The notes: a model not told the origin generated them from the letters alone. A DNA stretch of 32,000 bases from Methylorubrum extorquens (GCA_900234795.1 LT962688.1:4230001-4262000), one strand, 5' to 3'; positions 1 through 8,659 are shown, counted from the stretch's first letter. A program made the numbers and translations.

Positions 1-2
1 GC

Positions 3-929
3 ATCGACCACTTCCTCGGCAAGGAGCCGGCGCAGAACATCCTGGCCTTCCGCTTCGCCAACGGCCTGTTCGAGCCGATCTGGAACCGCACCTTCATCGA
101 CCACGTGCAGATCGACGTGCCGGAGACGCTGGGCCTCGGCACCCGCGCGGCCTTCTACGAGGCGACCGGCGCCTATCGCGACATGGTGGTGACCCACCTG
201 TTCCAGATCCTCGGTTTCATGGCGATGGAGCCGCCGACCTCGCTCGAACCCGGCCCGATCTCGGAAGAGAAGAACAAGGTCTTCCGCTCGATGCTCCCGC
301 TCGACCCGCGCGAGGTGGTGCGCGGGCAATATGCCGGCTACCGGGACGAGCCCGGCGTCGATCCGCAATCGGAAACCGAGACCTTCATCGCCCTCAAGTG
401 CCGCATCGACAACTGGCGCTGGGCCGGGGTGCCGTTCTTCCTGCGCACCGGCAAGCGGCTGGCGGAGGGGCAGCGCATCATCTCGATCGCCTTCCGTGAG
501 CCGCCCAAAAGCATGTTCCCGGTCAATTCGGGGGTCGGCGCGCAGGGGCCCGACCACCTCACCTTCGATCTCGCCGACGCTTCGAAGATGTCGCTGTCGT
601 TCTACGGCAAGCGGCCGGGGCCGGGGATGCGGCTCGACAAGCTCTCGCTCCAGTTCAACATGAAGGATACCGGCCTGATGGGCGAAGTGCTGGAGGCCTA
701 TGAGCGGCTGATCCTCGACGCCATGCGCGGCGACCACACCCTGTTCACCACAGCCGAGGGCATCGAGCGGCTGTGGGAGGTCTCGATGCCGTTGCTCGAA
801 GCGCCGCCGCCGGTGCGGCTCTACGCGCCGGGCTCCTGGGGGCCGAAATCGATCCACCAGCTCGTGGCGCCGCAGGCGTGGCGCCTGCCCTTCGAACGGG
901 AATGGCGCAACACCGACGAGCAGGGCTGA
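3..929 (+). CDS. zwf: Glucose-6-phosphate 1-dehydrogenase, C-terminal part (5' end lies outside the window)
   Basis: The reading frame is open from base 3 and begins IDHFLGKEPAQNILAFRFANGLFEPIWN, which is the G6PD active-site region. The rest (VTHLFQILGFMAMEPP, WRWAGVPFFLRTGKRL, EAYERLILDAMRGDHTLF) is typical G6PD C-terminal domain. Stop codon at 927-929. Confidence 0.9.
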   Translation: MDHFLGKEPAQNILAFRFANGLFEPIWNRTFIDHVQIDVPETLGLGTRAAFYEATGAYRDMVVTHLFQILGFMAMEPPTSLEPGPISEEKNKVFRSMLPLDPREVVRGQYAGYRDEPGVDPQSETETFIALKCRIDNWRWAGVPFFLRTGKRLAEGQRIISIAFREPPKSMFPVNSGVGAQGPDHLTFDLADASKMSLSFYGKRPGPGMRLDKLSLQFNMKDTGLMGEVLEAYERLILDAMRGDHTLFTTAEGIERLWEVSMPLLEAPPPVRLYAPGSWGPKSIHQLVAPQAWRLPFEREWRNTDEQG

Positions 930-966
930 GCGCCCCGCAGGCTATGATTCGTGCCCGGCGCGGTGA

Positions 967-983
967 ACTAGAATAATTCTTAG
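967..983. promoter_or_regulatory. Partial Irr/ICE-like box (acTAGAA-taa-TTCTtAg) in the AT-rich spacer between zwf and the SWIM operon
   Basis: It matches 10 of the 14 specified positions of the alphaproteobacterial iron control element TTTAGAA-N3-TTCTAAA (consensus recalled from the literature). It sits about 140 bp upstream of the 1125 start, in an unusually AT-rich stretch. Confidence 0.3.
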
Positions 984-1124
984 ATTAGCCTCAGATCAGC
1001 CGTCGTAAAGAGGATTGCCGGCTCAGCGAAAAGCCGGATCGCAGGAAAACTTGCTCATCGAGCCGATCTGTCTAATCTGGTTGTCCAACGATTCGACTGA
1101 CGGACATCCAGCCGCACGCGCCGC

Positions 1125-2492
1125 ATGAGCCTGACGACTGCCCAGATCCTCGATCTCGCCTCCGACGCATCGAGCCGCAAGGCCGGGCAGGATCAGGCGA
1201 AACCGCAAAAATGGGCCGGTCTCGGCCGGGCGGGCACGGTGATCTGGGGCGAGATCAAGGGCAGCGGGGCGAGCCCCTACCGCACGGTCGCGGATCTCGC
1301 CGGGCCGTCCTCGAAATGCACTTGCCCGAGCCGCAAGTTCCCCTGCAAGCACGGCCTCGGCCTGATGCTGGTCGATGCGAGCGCGCCGATCGCCGAGGCC
1401 GAGCCGCCGGACTGGGCCGCCGCCTGGATGAAGGGGCGCGAGAGCCGCGCCGCCGCGGCCGAGACCCGGGCGAAGGAACCCGCTAAGCCCGTCGACGAGC
1501 GGGCGCAGGCCAAGCGGCGTCAGGCCCGCGAGGATCGGGTCGCGGCCGCGCTCGACGAACTCGACCTGTGGCTGCGCGACCTGATGCGGCGCGGCCTCGC
1601 CGCCGCGCGAAGCGAACCTTACGCCTTCTGGGACCGCATGGCCGGGCGCCTCGTGGACGGACAGGCGCCGGGCCTCGCCCGCCGGGTGCGCGCCCTGCCG
1701 GGGCTGATCGCGGCGGCGCCTCAGGCCGGCGCGCCCCGGCCGGAAGCCGCGCTCGGCCTCGGCCTCGGCCGGCTCGCCCTGTTGCTCCGGGCCGCGCGCC
1801 GCCTCGATGCGCTGTCGCCCGAACAGGCGGCGGGCGTGCGCGCGGCGCTCGGCTACCCCGTCACCGCCGAGGAGATGGCGGCCCGGCCCGACCAGGCCGA
1901 CACCTGGGCGGTGCTGGCCCACGCGGTCGAGGAGGAGGACCGGCTGACCGCCCGTTCCGTCTGGCTCGTCGGCCGCGCCAGCGGCGCCGTGGCTCAGGTC
2001 ATCGATTATGGGACCGCGGGCGCGCCCCTGCCGCCGGCACCCGCCGCCGGCCAGGATTTTTCCGGCGCGCTCGCCTTCCAGCCCGGCGACCCGCCGCTGC
2101 GCGCCGTCTTTCGCGAGGGCCAGGCCGGCCCGGCGGCCGAGGCGGCTTTGCCCGGCGCGACCAGCGTCGCGGTGGCGCGGGACGCCTTCGCCGATGCGCT
2201 GTCGCGCGCGCCCTGGCTCGAGCGCTGGCCGGTGCGGCTGGGGCGCGTGCGGCTCGGGCGCCTCGCCGCTGGCAGCGCAGCGGCCTTCGCGGCGGGCGAC
2301 GAGACCGGCAGCCTTGCGCTGCGGGCCGAGCCGCGCCTGCCGAGCCTGCTCGCGGTGGCGGCGGGACGCCCGGTCGATCTGTTCGGCCTCTACGACGGCT
2401 ACGGCCTGAGCCCCCTCGCCCTGGTCGCGGAGGGCCGCCTCTACGCGATGCCGGCACAGGATTCGCAGCCCGTCCTGCTGCAGGTGGCCTGA
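1125..2492 (+). CDS. SWIM zinc-finger domain protein (YehQ-like N-terminal module), first gene of the five-gene MoxR/VWA operon
   Basis: A CxCx6CxH SWIM signature, KCTCPSRKFPCKHG, lies at nt 1317-1352. It is preceded by WGEIKGSGASPYRTV, which is typical of bacterial SWIM proteins. The stop TGA (2490-2492) overlaps the ATG of the next gene (TGATG). Confidence 0.8.
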   Translation: MSLTTAQILDLASDASSRKAGQDQAKPQKWAGLGRAGTVIWGEIKGSGASPYRTVADLAGPSSKCTCPSRKFPCKHGLGLMLVDASAPIAEAEPPDWAAAWMKGRESRAAAAETRAKEPAKPVDERAQAKRRQAREDRVAAALDELDLWLRDLMRRGLAAARSEPYAFWDRMAGRLVDGQAPGLARRVRALPGLIAAAPQAGAPRPEAALGLGLGRLALLLRAARRLDALSPEQAAGVRAALGYPVTAEEMAARPDQADTWAVLAHAVEEEDRLTARSVWLVGRASGAVAQVIDYGTAGAPLPPAPAAGQDFSGALAFQPGDPPLRAVFREGQAGPAAEAALPGATSVAVARDAFADALSRAPWLERWPVRLGRVRLGRLAAGSAAAFAAGDETGSLALRAEPRLPSLLAVAAGRPVDLFGLYDGYGLSPLALVAEGRLYAMPAQDSQPVLLQVA

Positions 2493-4075
2493 TGGACGCG
2501 ACCGAACGTGCCTCCGATGGTTGGGAGCCGACACTCGCCGCCGCGCTGCTCGGCGCCGAGCGCGCCCCGCTTGGCGAGCCCTCGGCGCTGACCGCCCTCG
2601 TCGCGGAGGCCGATCCCGGCGGCGCCCTGCTGGCGCGGCTTGCCGCCGAGGGTGCCCACCATCTCGCGGGCCTGGAACTCGGGCCGGAGGCGCTGACGCC
2701 GCTGGAGGAGCGCGGCCGCTTCGGGCCGGACTGCCCGCCCGCCGCCGCGACGCGGCTCTACGGCCTCCTCACCGAGGGCACCAGCGCGCGCAGCCGCGTC
2801 GAGGAATGGTTCGAACGCGCCGCCGCAACGGGCACGCGCCCGCCCGCTTGGCTGCTCCAGGCCTTGATGCTCCAGCGCGGCACCCTGCCCGCCGCGGCGC
2901 AGGCGGTCGTCGGCGCCGAACTCGACTGGCTCGCCCGCGCCTGCGGCGAGACCCCGGCCGACGGATCGGACGCGGCGGGGGCTTCGGACTGGACGGAAGG
3001 CACGGTGGCCGAGCGTCGCGCCGCCTTCACCGCCTTCCGCGCCCGCGATCCGGAAGGCGCGCGCGCCGCCCTGGAACCGCTCTTCCGCAAGGAGAAGGCC
3101 GACGCGCGCGAGGCCCTGGTCCACGCTCTGGCGACCGGCCTGTCGGCGGCCGACGAGCCCTTTCTCGAGGCCTGCCTCGACGACCGCGCCGGCGGCGTGC
3201 GGCTCGCCGCGCAGCACCTGCTGCCGGGGCTTCCCGGCTCGCGCTATGCCGAGCGCATGGCGGCCCGCGCCCGCACCGCGCTCAGCGTCGAGAGCAAGCG
3301 CAAGCTGCTCGGCGGCACCACGCACAATCTCGTCGTCACCCTGCCGGAGGAGAGCCCGGACCTCGCCCGCGACGGCGTCGAGGCGAACAGCTGGGAGCGG
3401 CGCGGCGGCGGTGCCCGCGCCGGCTTGCTGCGGGCGATCCTGGCGCGCGCGCCGCTCCACGCTTTCGCCGCGCATCCGCCGCGGCTCTGGATCGAGCTCG
3501 CTTTGCGCAGCGAGTGGGCCGACCCGGTCTTCCACGGCCTGTTCTCGGCGGCCAAGCGCACGCGCGACCCGGCCTGGGCGGAGGCGATGGCCGACATCAC
3601 GGCGGACGCCTACGAGGGCAAGGTCACCGGCGTCCGCCGCACCAACGAGGTTTTGGGGATGTGGGCGGAGGCGCTCGACCTCCTGCCGGACGCCGAATGG
3701 GAGGCACGGGTCGCGGCTTTGATCCGCGCCCGCAAGATCGAGGTGGTTCTGGCCGTGCTGGGCCAAGGCCCGGAGCACTTTTCCGAGTCCTTCAGCGCCG
3801 CTTTGCTCGATTGGCTCGCCTTCGTCACCCGCGGGTCGGACGCCCTGCGGCGCGATCTCGCCAAGCCCTGGGTGATCGCCCGCCTCGGCGACCGGCTCTG
3901 GCCGAGCGACGACAGCGCCGCCGCGGCCGCCGCCATCCTGGCGCGGCTGCCGGAGGGGGAGGGCGACCGCCTGCGCACGCAGCTCACGGGATTGACGGGC
4001 GTGCTGGAACTGCGCGCCGCGATCCGGCGCGACTTCCGACCGGAAACCACCACAGGGGGAACGGCTCAAGGATGA
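2492..4075 (+). CDS. Hypothetical alpha-helical (HEAT-like repeat) protein, DUF5691-like by position and composition
   Basis: ATG at 2492 lies in the frame of track ORF 1568..4075. The upstream 308 codons are Arg/Pro/Gly junk overlapping the SWIM gene. The sequence is Ala/Leu-rich and helical (ALVHALATGLSAADEPFLEACLDDRAGGVRLAAQHLLPGL). The stop overlaps the next start (ATGA at 4072-4075). The family assignment was not verified. Confidence 0.6.
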   Translation: MDATERASDGWEPTLAAALLGAERAPLGEPSALTALVAEADPGGALLARLAAEGAHHLAGLELGPEALTPLEERGRFGPDCPPAAATRLYGLLTEGTSARSRVEEWFERAAATGTRPPAWLLQALMLQRGTLPAAAQAVVGAELDWLARACGETPADGSDAAGASDWTEGTVAERRAAFTAFRARDPEGARAALEPLFRKEKADAREALVHALATGLSAADEPFLEACLDDRAGGVRLAAQHLLPGLPGSRYAERMAARARTALSVESKRKLLGGTTHNLVVTLPEESPDLARDGVEANSWERRGGGARAGLLRAILARAPLHAFAAHPPRLWIELALRSEWADPVFHGLFSAAKRTRDPAWAEAMADITADAYEGKVTGVRRTNEVLGMWAEALDLLPDAEWEARVAALIRARKIEVVLAVLGQGPEHFSESFSAALLDWLAFVTRGSDALRRDLAKPWVIARLGDRLWPSDDSAAAAAAILARLPEGEGDRLRTQLTGLTGVLELRAAIRRDFRPETTTGGTAQG

Positions 4076-5172
4076 CATCGACCCACGCCGTCAAGACCGC
4101 GCAGCTGCGCCAGGCTGCCGAGGATGCCTTCGCCGAGGAGATCGCGGCGCTCCGCGACTCCGACGACCGACCGCGCCCGCCGAACTGGCAGATGTCGCCG
4201 CAGGCGGTCGTTACCTACCTGCTCGGCGGCAAACTCCCGTCGGGCTTCGAAGTCACGCCAAAGTATATCGGCGACCGGCGCCTGATGGAGGTCGCGGTGG
4301 CGACGCTGGCCACCGACCGGGCGCTGCTGCTGCTCGGCGTGCCGGGCACCGCCAAGAGCTGGGTCAGCGAGCATCTGGCGGCGGCGATCTGCGGCACCTC
4401 GCGCCTGATCGTGCAAGGCACCGCCGGCACCAGCGAGGAGGCGATCCGCTACGGCTGGAACTACGCGCTGCTGCTGGCCAAGGGCCCGAGCCGCGAGGCG
4501 GTGGTGGCCTCGCCGATCATGCGGGCAATGAACGAGGGCCGCATCGCCCGCGTCGAGGAGCTGACCCGCATCCCCTCCGAGACGCAGGACAGCTTCATCA
4601 CCGTTCTCTCGGAAAAGACCCTGCCGATCCCCGAGCTGAACGAGGAGGTCGCGGCGCAAAAAGGCTTCAACCTCATCGCCACGGCCAACAACCGGGACCG
4701 CGGCGTCAACGAATTGTCGAGCGCGCTCAAGCGCCGCTTCAACACCGTGGTGCTGCCGCCGCCCGCCACGATCGAGGCCGAGATCGCCATCGTCGAGACC
4801 CGCGTCGCCGCGCTCGGGCGGGCCTTCGAGATCCCCGCCGAGCCGCCGGGCGCCGAGCAGATCCGCCGCGTCGTCACGATCTTTCGCGAGCTGCGCGAGG
4901 GGGTGACGGCGGATGGCAAGAGCAAGGTGAAGCAGCCCTCGGGCACGCTCTCGACGGCCGAAGCCATCAGCGTCGTCGGCAGCGGGCTGGCACTCGCCGC
5001 GCATTTCGGCGACGGCCGCCTCTCGGCCCACGACCTCGTCTCGGGGATCAGTGGCGCCGTGGTGAAGGACCCGGTGCAGGACGCCATCGTCTGGCGCGAG
5101 TATCTCGAAACCGTGGTGAAGGAGCGCGACGGCTGGAAGGATTTTTATAAGGCCGCTCGCGCGAGCGCGTGA
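4072..5172 (+). CDS. MoxR-class AAA+ ATPase (YehL-like)
   Basis: Walker A is LLGVPGTAKS (nt 4336-4359). The Walker B region is IARVEELTR, so EE replaces the usual DE. Sensor-1 is LIATANNRD and the Arg-finger region is SSALKRRF. At 366 aa it is a single AAA+ module typical of MoxR proteins. Start and stop both overlap neighbouring genes. Confidence 0.85.
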   Translation: MTSTHAVKTAQLRQAAEDAFAEEIAALRDSDDRPRPPNWQMSPQAVVTYLLGGKLPSGFEVTPKYIGDRRLMEVAVATLATDRALLLLGVPGTAKSWVSEHLAAAICGTSRLIVQGTAGTSEEAIRYGWNYALLLAKGPSREAVVASPIMRAMNEGRIARVEELTRIPSETQDSFITVLSEKTLPIPELNEEVAAQKGFNLIATANNRDRGVNELSSALKRRFNTVVLPPPATIEAEIAIVETRVAALGRAFEIPAEPPGAEQIRRVVTIFRELREGVTADGKSKVKQPSGTLSTAEAISVVGSGLALAAHFGDGRLSAHDLVSGISGAVVKDPVQDAIVWREYLETVVKERDGWKDFYKAARASA

Positions 5173-7499
5173 CCCGAGCGATGCCTGACATCCGTCTCTT
5201 CGGCATCCGCCACCACGGCCCCGGCTCGGCCCGCTCGCTAAAGGCGGCGCTCGACGCGCTCAACCCCGATTGCCTGCTGATCGAGGGGCCGCCGGACGCC
5301 GACGCGCTGATCCCGCTAGCCGCCCACGAGGCGATGGCGCCGCCCGTCGCGCTCCTCGTCTACCGGCCGGACCGGCCGCGCGATTGCGCCTTCTTCCCCT
5401 TCGCGGCCTTCTCGCCGGAATGGGTGGCGATGCGCTTTGGCGTCGCGGCGGGCGCGACCCTGCGCTTCATCGACCTGCCGCACGCGAACCAGCTCGCCGA
5501 CGGCTTTGGCGCGCCGGAAGCCCCGCCGGAGGCCGCGCCGATCGATGCGGAGCCAGTGACAGAGGCGGCCGAAGCGCCATCCGGGGACGGGCCGGCACCG
5601 GCCGCGATCCGGCGCGATCCGCTCGGCGAACTCGCGGCACTCGCCGGCTACCCCGACGGCGAGCGCTGGTGGGACGCGCTGGTCGAGAGCCGCGCGGGCG
5701 CGGACGGCGACGTGTTCGCCGCCATCCATGAGGCGATGGCGGCCCTGCGCGAGGGCGCCGAGACCGACCCCTATGAAGCTTTTCGCGAGGAGGCGCGCGA
5801 GGCGCATATGCGCAGCGCGATCCGGCGGGCGGCCAAGGACGGGTTCGAGCGCATCGCCGTGATCTGCGGCGCGTGGCACGTTCCCGCGCTCGCCCGCCAC
5901 GACGCCAAGGGCCAAGCCACGGCGGATACCGCGACCCTGAAAAACCTGCCCAAGACCAAGGTCGCCGCGGCCTGGGCGCCCTGGTCCTACGAGCGGCTGG
6001 CCTTCGCCTCCGGCTACCGCGCCGGGGTGCTCTCGCCGGAATGGTACGACACCCTGTGGCACCACGAGGGCCGCGTCGCCGCCCGCTGGCTCGCCCGCGC
6101 CGCCGCGCTGCTGCGGGAGAACGATCTCGATGCCTCGCCGGCCTCGGTGATCGAGGCGGCCCGGCTCGCCGAGGCGTTGGCGGGTTTTCGCGGCCGGTCC
6201 CGGCCCTCCCTCGACGATCTCGATGAAGCCGCCCAGGCCACGCTCTGCTTTGCCGACCCGGCGCCGATGGGGCTGATCCGGCGCAAGCTCGTGATCGGCG
6301 AGCGCCTCGGTGCCACCCCGCCGGACAGCCCCGGCACCCCGGTCGAGGCGGATTTCGAGGCGCAGTGCAAGCGCCTGCGCCTGAGGCCCGGCGCGGCGGG
6401 CGAGATCACCCTCGACCTGCGCAAGGAGACGGATCTGGCCCGCAGCCATTTCCTCAACCGGCTGAGCCTGATCGGCATCCCCTGTGGGGAGCGGCGCGAA
6501 GCGCGCGGGCGCGGCACCTTCAAGGAGGGCTGGTTCCTGGCTTGGCAGCCGGAATGGGTGGTGGAGTTGGTGGCGGCCTCGGCTGAGGGCGGCACCATCG
6601 CCGAGGCCGCCGCCGGCCGGGTGCGGGTCCGCGCCCGCGAGGCGACCCGCGTCGCCGAGCTCTCCGGCCTGATCGGCACCCTGCTCGACGCCGACCTCGC
6701 CGAGGCCACGGCGGAGGTGATCCGCGCGCTCAACGACCGCGCCGCGGTCTCGGCCGACGTGTTCGACCTGATGGACGCGCTGCCCCCGCTCGCCGAACTC
6801 GCCCGCTACGGCTCCGTACGCTCCTCCGACACCGAACCCGTGCTCGCCGTGGTGCGGGGCCTCGTGCCGCGCGCCGCCGCCGGGCTGGTCGCCGCCTGCC
6901 AGAGCCTCGACGACGACGCGGCGAGCGCCGCCAAGGCGCGCATCGTCGCCGTCTCCGGCGCGGTCGGGCTGATCGAGGAGCCGGAGTTGAAGGCGGTGTG
7001 GGGGGAGGCGTTGCGGGCGCTGGCCGATCAGGAGCATGTCCATGGCCGCGTCGTCGGCCGCGCCGTGCGCCTGCTCTTCGACGAGCGCGCCATCGAAGCC
7101 GCGGAGGCCGGCGAGCGCCTGCGCCTCGCCCTGTCGCGGGCCTCGGGTGCGGGACCGGCCGCTGCCTGGATCGAGGGGTTTCTGGAGGATAGCGGCACCG
7201 TGCTGATCCACGGGCGCGAATTGCTCGCCGTCGTCGATGAATGGCTCTGCGGCCTCGACGCGGATCTCTTCACCGAGTTGCTGCCGCTGGTGCGCCGCAC
7301 CTTCGCGACCCTGGCGCCGGCCGAGCGCCGGGCGGTCGGCGAGGCCCTGGCCCGGCCGGGCGGAGCCGCTCCCGGCGAGGCGGAAGGCGCCCAGGGCTTC
7401 GATGCGGCGCGCGCGGCCAAGGTGCTGCCGATCCTGCGCCTGCTGCTCGGCCCCGAGCTCCCCAGAACCGCGGATGAAACCACGGGAGACGCCGCATGA
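5169..7499 (+). CDS. Large DUF5682/YehM-like protein with an N-terminal TraB/PrgY/TIKI-like motif set
   Basis: The GTG start at 5169 overlaps the ATPase stop (GTGA); an alternative ATG lies at 5181. N-terminal motifs are RLFGIRHHGPGSA, PDCLLIEGP, REAHMRSAIRR and ERIAVICGAWHVPAL. The remaining ~500 aa are Ala/Leu-rich and helical. The 776 aa size is close to E. coli YehM (about 760 aa, recalled). Confidence 0.7.
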   Translation: MTRAMPDIRLFGIRHHGPGSARSLKAALDALNPDCLLIEGPPDADALIPLAAHEAMAPPVALLVYRPDRPRDCAFFPFAAFSPEWVAMRFGVAAGATLRFIDLPHANQLADGFGAPEAPPEAAPIDAEPVTEAAEAPSGDGPAPAAIRRDPLGELAALAGYPDGERWWDALVESRAGADGDVFAAIHEAMAALREGAETDPYEAFREEAREAHMRSAIRRAAKDGFERIAVICGAWHVPALARHDAKGQATADTATLKNLPKTKVAAAWAPWSYERLAFASGYRAGVLSPEWYDTLWHHEGRVAARWLARAAALLRENDLDASPASVIEAARLAEALAGFRGRSRPSLDDLDEAAQATLCFADPAPMGLIRRKLVIGERLGATPPDSPGTPVEADFEAQCKRLRLRPGAAGEITLDLRKETDLARSHFLNRLSLIGIPCGERREARGRGTFKEGWFLAWQPEWVVELVAASAEGGTIAEAAAGRVRVRAREATRVAELSGLIGTLLDADLAEATAEVIRALNDRAAVSADVFDLMDALPPLAELARYGSVRSSDTEPVLAVVRGLVPRAAAGLVAACQSLDDDAASAAKARIVAVSGAVGLIEEPELKAVWGEALRALADQEHVHGRVVGRAVRLLFDERAIEAAEAGERLRLALSRASGAGPAAAWIEGFLEDSGTVLIHGRELLAVVDEWLCGLDADLFTELLPLVRRTFATLAPAERRAVGEALARPGGAAPGEAEGAQGFDAARAAKVLPILRLLLGPELPRTADETTGDAA

Positions 7500-8659
7500 G
7501 CGCGCGCGAAGCGGAACGCCTGCGCCGCTGGCGCCTCGTGCTCGGCGGCGGAGCGGCCGAGGGCACCGGCTGCACTTTGAGCGAGCGCGACCAGCGGCTC
7601 GACCGGGCGATGGGCGCCCTCTACGATTCCGATCGCAAGGGCGGTCTCGGCGCCTCCGCGCCCTCCGTGCCGCGCTGGCTCGGCGATATCCGCGACTACT
7701 TCCCGGCCTCCGTGGTGCAGGTGATGCAGCGCGACGCCTTCGAGCGGCTCGACCTCAAGCGGATGCTGACCGAGCCGGAGATGCTGGAGGCGGTCCAGCC
7801 CGACGTCTCCCTCGTCTCGACCCTGATCTCGATGCGCGGCCTGCTCGGCGGGCGCACCAAGGAGACGGCGCGCCTCGTGGTGCGCAAGGTGGTGGACGCG
7901 CTGATGAAGCGGCTGGAGGAGCCCCTGCGCCAAGCCGTGACCGGGGCGATCGACCGCGCCAGCATCAACCGCCGCCCGCGCCACGCCGAGATCGACTGGA
8001 ACCGCACCATCCGGGCGAACCTGCGCCACTATCAGGCGGAGTACCGCACCATCATCCCCGAGACCCGCCTCGGCCACGGGCGGAAAAGCCGCGGATCGCT
8101 GAAAGACGTGATCCTGTGCATCGACCAGTCCGGCTCGATGGCCAATTCCGTGGTCTACTCATCCATCTTCGGGGCGGTGATGGCCTCGCTGCCGGCGGTC
8201 TCGACCCGGCTCGTGGTGTTCGACACCGAGGTGGTCGATCTCTCCGACGCCATGGACGATCCGGTCGAGGTGCTGTTCTCGGTCCAGCTCGGCGGCGGCA
8301 CCGACATCAACCGGGCGGTCGGCTACTGCGCCTCGCGCATCACCCGGCCCGAGGACACGGTGCTGGTGCTGATCTCCGATCTCTACGAGGGCGGGGTCGA
8401 GGCCGGGCTGCTCGCCCAGGCGCAGCGCCTCGTTGCTGCTGGCGTTCAGGTGGTGGCGTTGCTCGCTCTCTCCGACGAGGGCGCGCCGGCCTATGACCGG
8501 GGGCTGGCCGCGCGGCTGGCCGCACTCGGCGTGCCCGCCTTCGCCTGCACGCCGGATCTCTTCCCCGACATGATGGCGGCGGCGATCCGCAAGCAGGATC
8601 TCAACGCCTGGGCCGCCGGCGCCGGCATCGCCGCGGTCCCGGCCGCCCATGACGGCTGA
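7496..8659 (+). CDS. VWA domain protein (CoxE/YehP-like), predicted partner of the MoxR ATPase
   Basis: The ATG overlaps the upstream stop (ATGA at 7496-7499). The N-terminus RLRRWRLVLGG is typical of CoxE-type VWA proteins. The MIDAS motif is complete: DQSGS (nt 8123-8137), then GGGTD and ISDLYEGG. Confidence 0.85.
   Translation: MSAREAERLRRWRLVLGGGAAEGTGCTLSERDQRLDRAMGALYDSDRKGGLGASAPSVPRWLGDIRDYFPASVVQVMQRDAFERLDLKRMLTEPEMLEAVQPDVSLVSTLISMRGLLGGRTKETARLVVRKVVDALMKRLEEPLRQAVTGAIDRASINRRPRHAEIDWNRTIRANLRHYQAEYRTIIPETRLGHGRKSRGSLKDVILCIDQSGSMANSVVYSSIFGAVMASLPAVSTRLVVFDTEVVDLSDAMDDPVEVLFSVQLGGGTDINRAVGYCASRITRPEDTVLVLISDLYEGGVEAGLLAQAQRLVAAGVQVVALLALSDEGAPAYDRGLAARLAALGVPAFACTPDLFPDMMAAAIRKQDLNAWAAGAGIAAVPAAHDG

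Noticed and set aside
1568-4071. N-terminal extensions implied by track ORFs 1568..4075 (835 aa) and 2521..5172 (883 aa).
   Set aside because: The upstream parts are Arg/Pro-rich junk read out of frame over the preceding gene. Credible sequence begins at internal ATGs (2492 and 4072) that overlap the preceding stop codons.
1023-7211. Long minus-strand ORFs antisense to the five-gene operon (1023..2534, 503 aa; 2441..4078, 545 aa; 4066..5031, 321 aa; 5316..7211, 631 aa).
   Set aside because: Their translations are Arg/Gly/Ala/Pro-rich low-complexity sequence with no recognisable motifs. Each lies exactly opposite a plus-strand gene that has clear family signatures. This is the usual stop-codon-poor antisense artefact of ~70% GC DNA.
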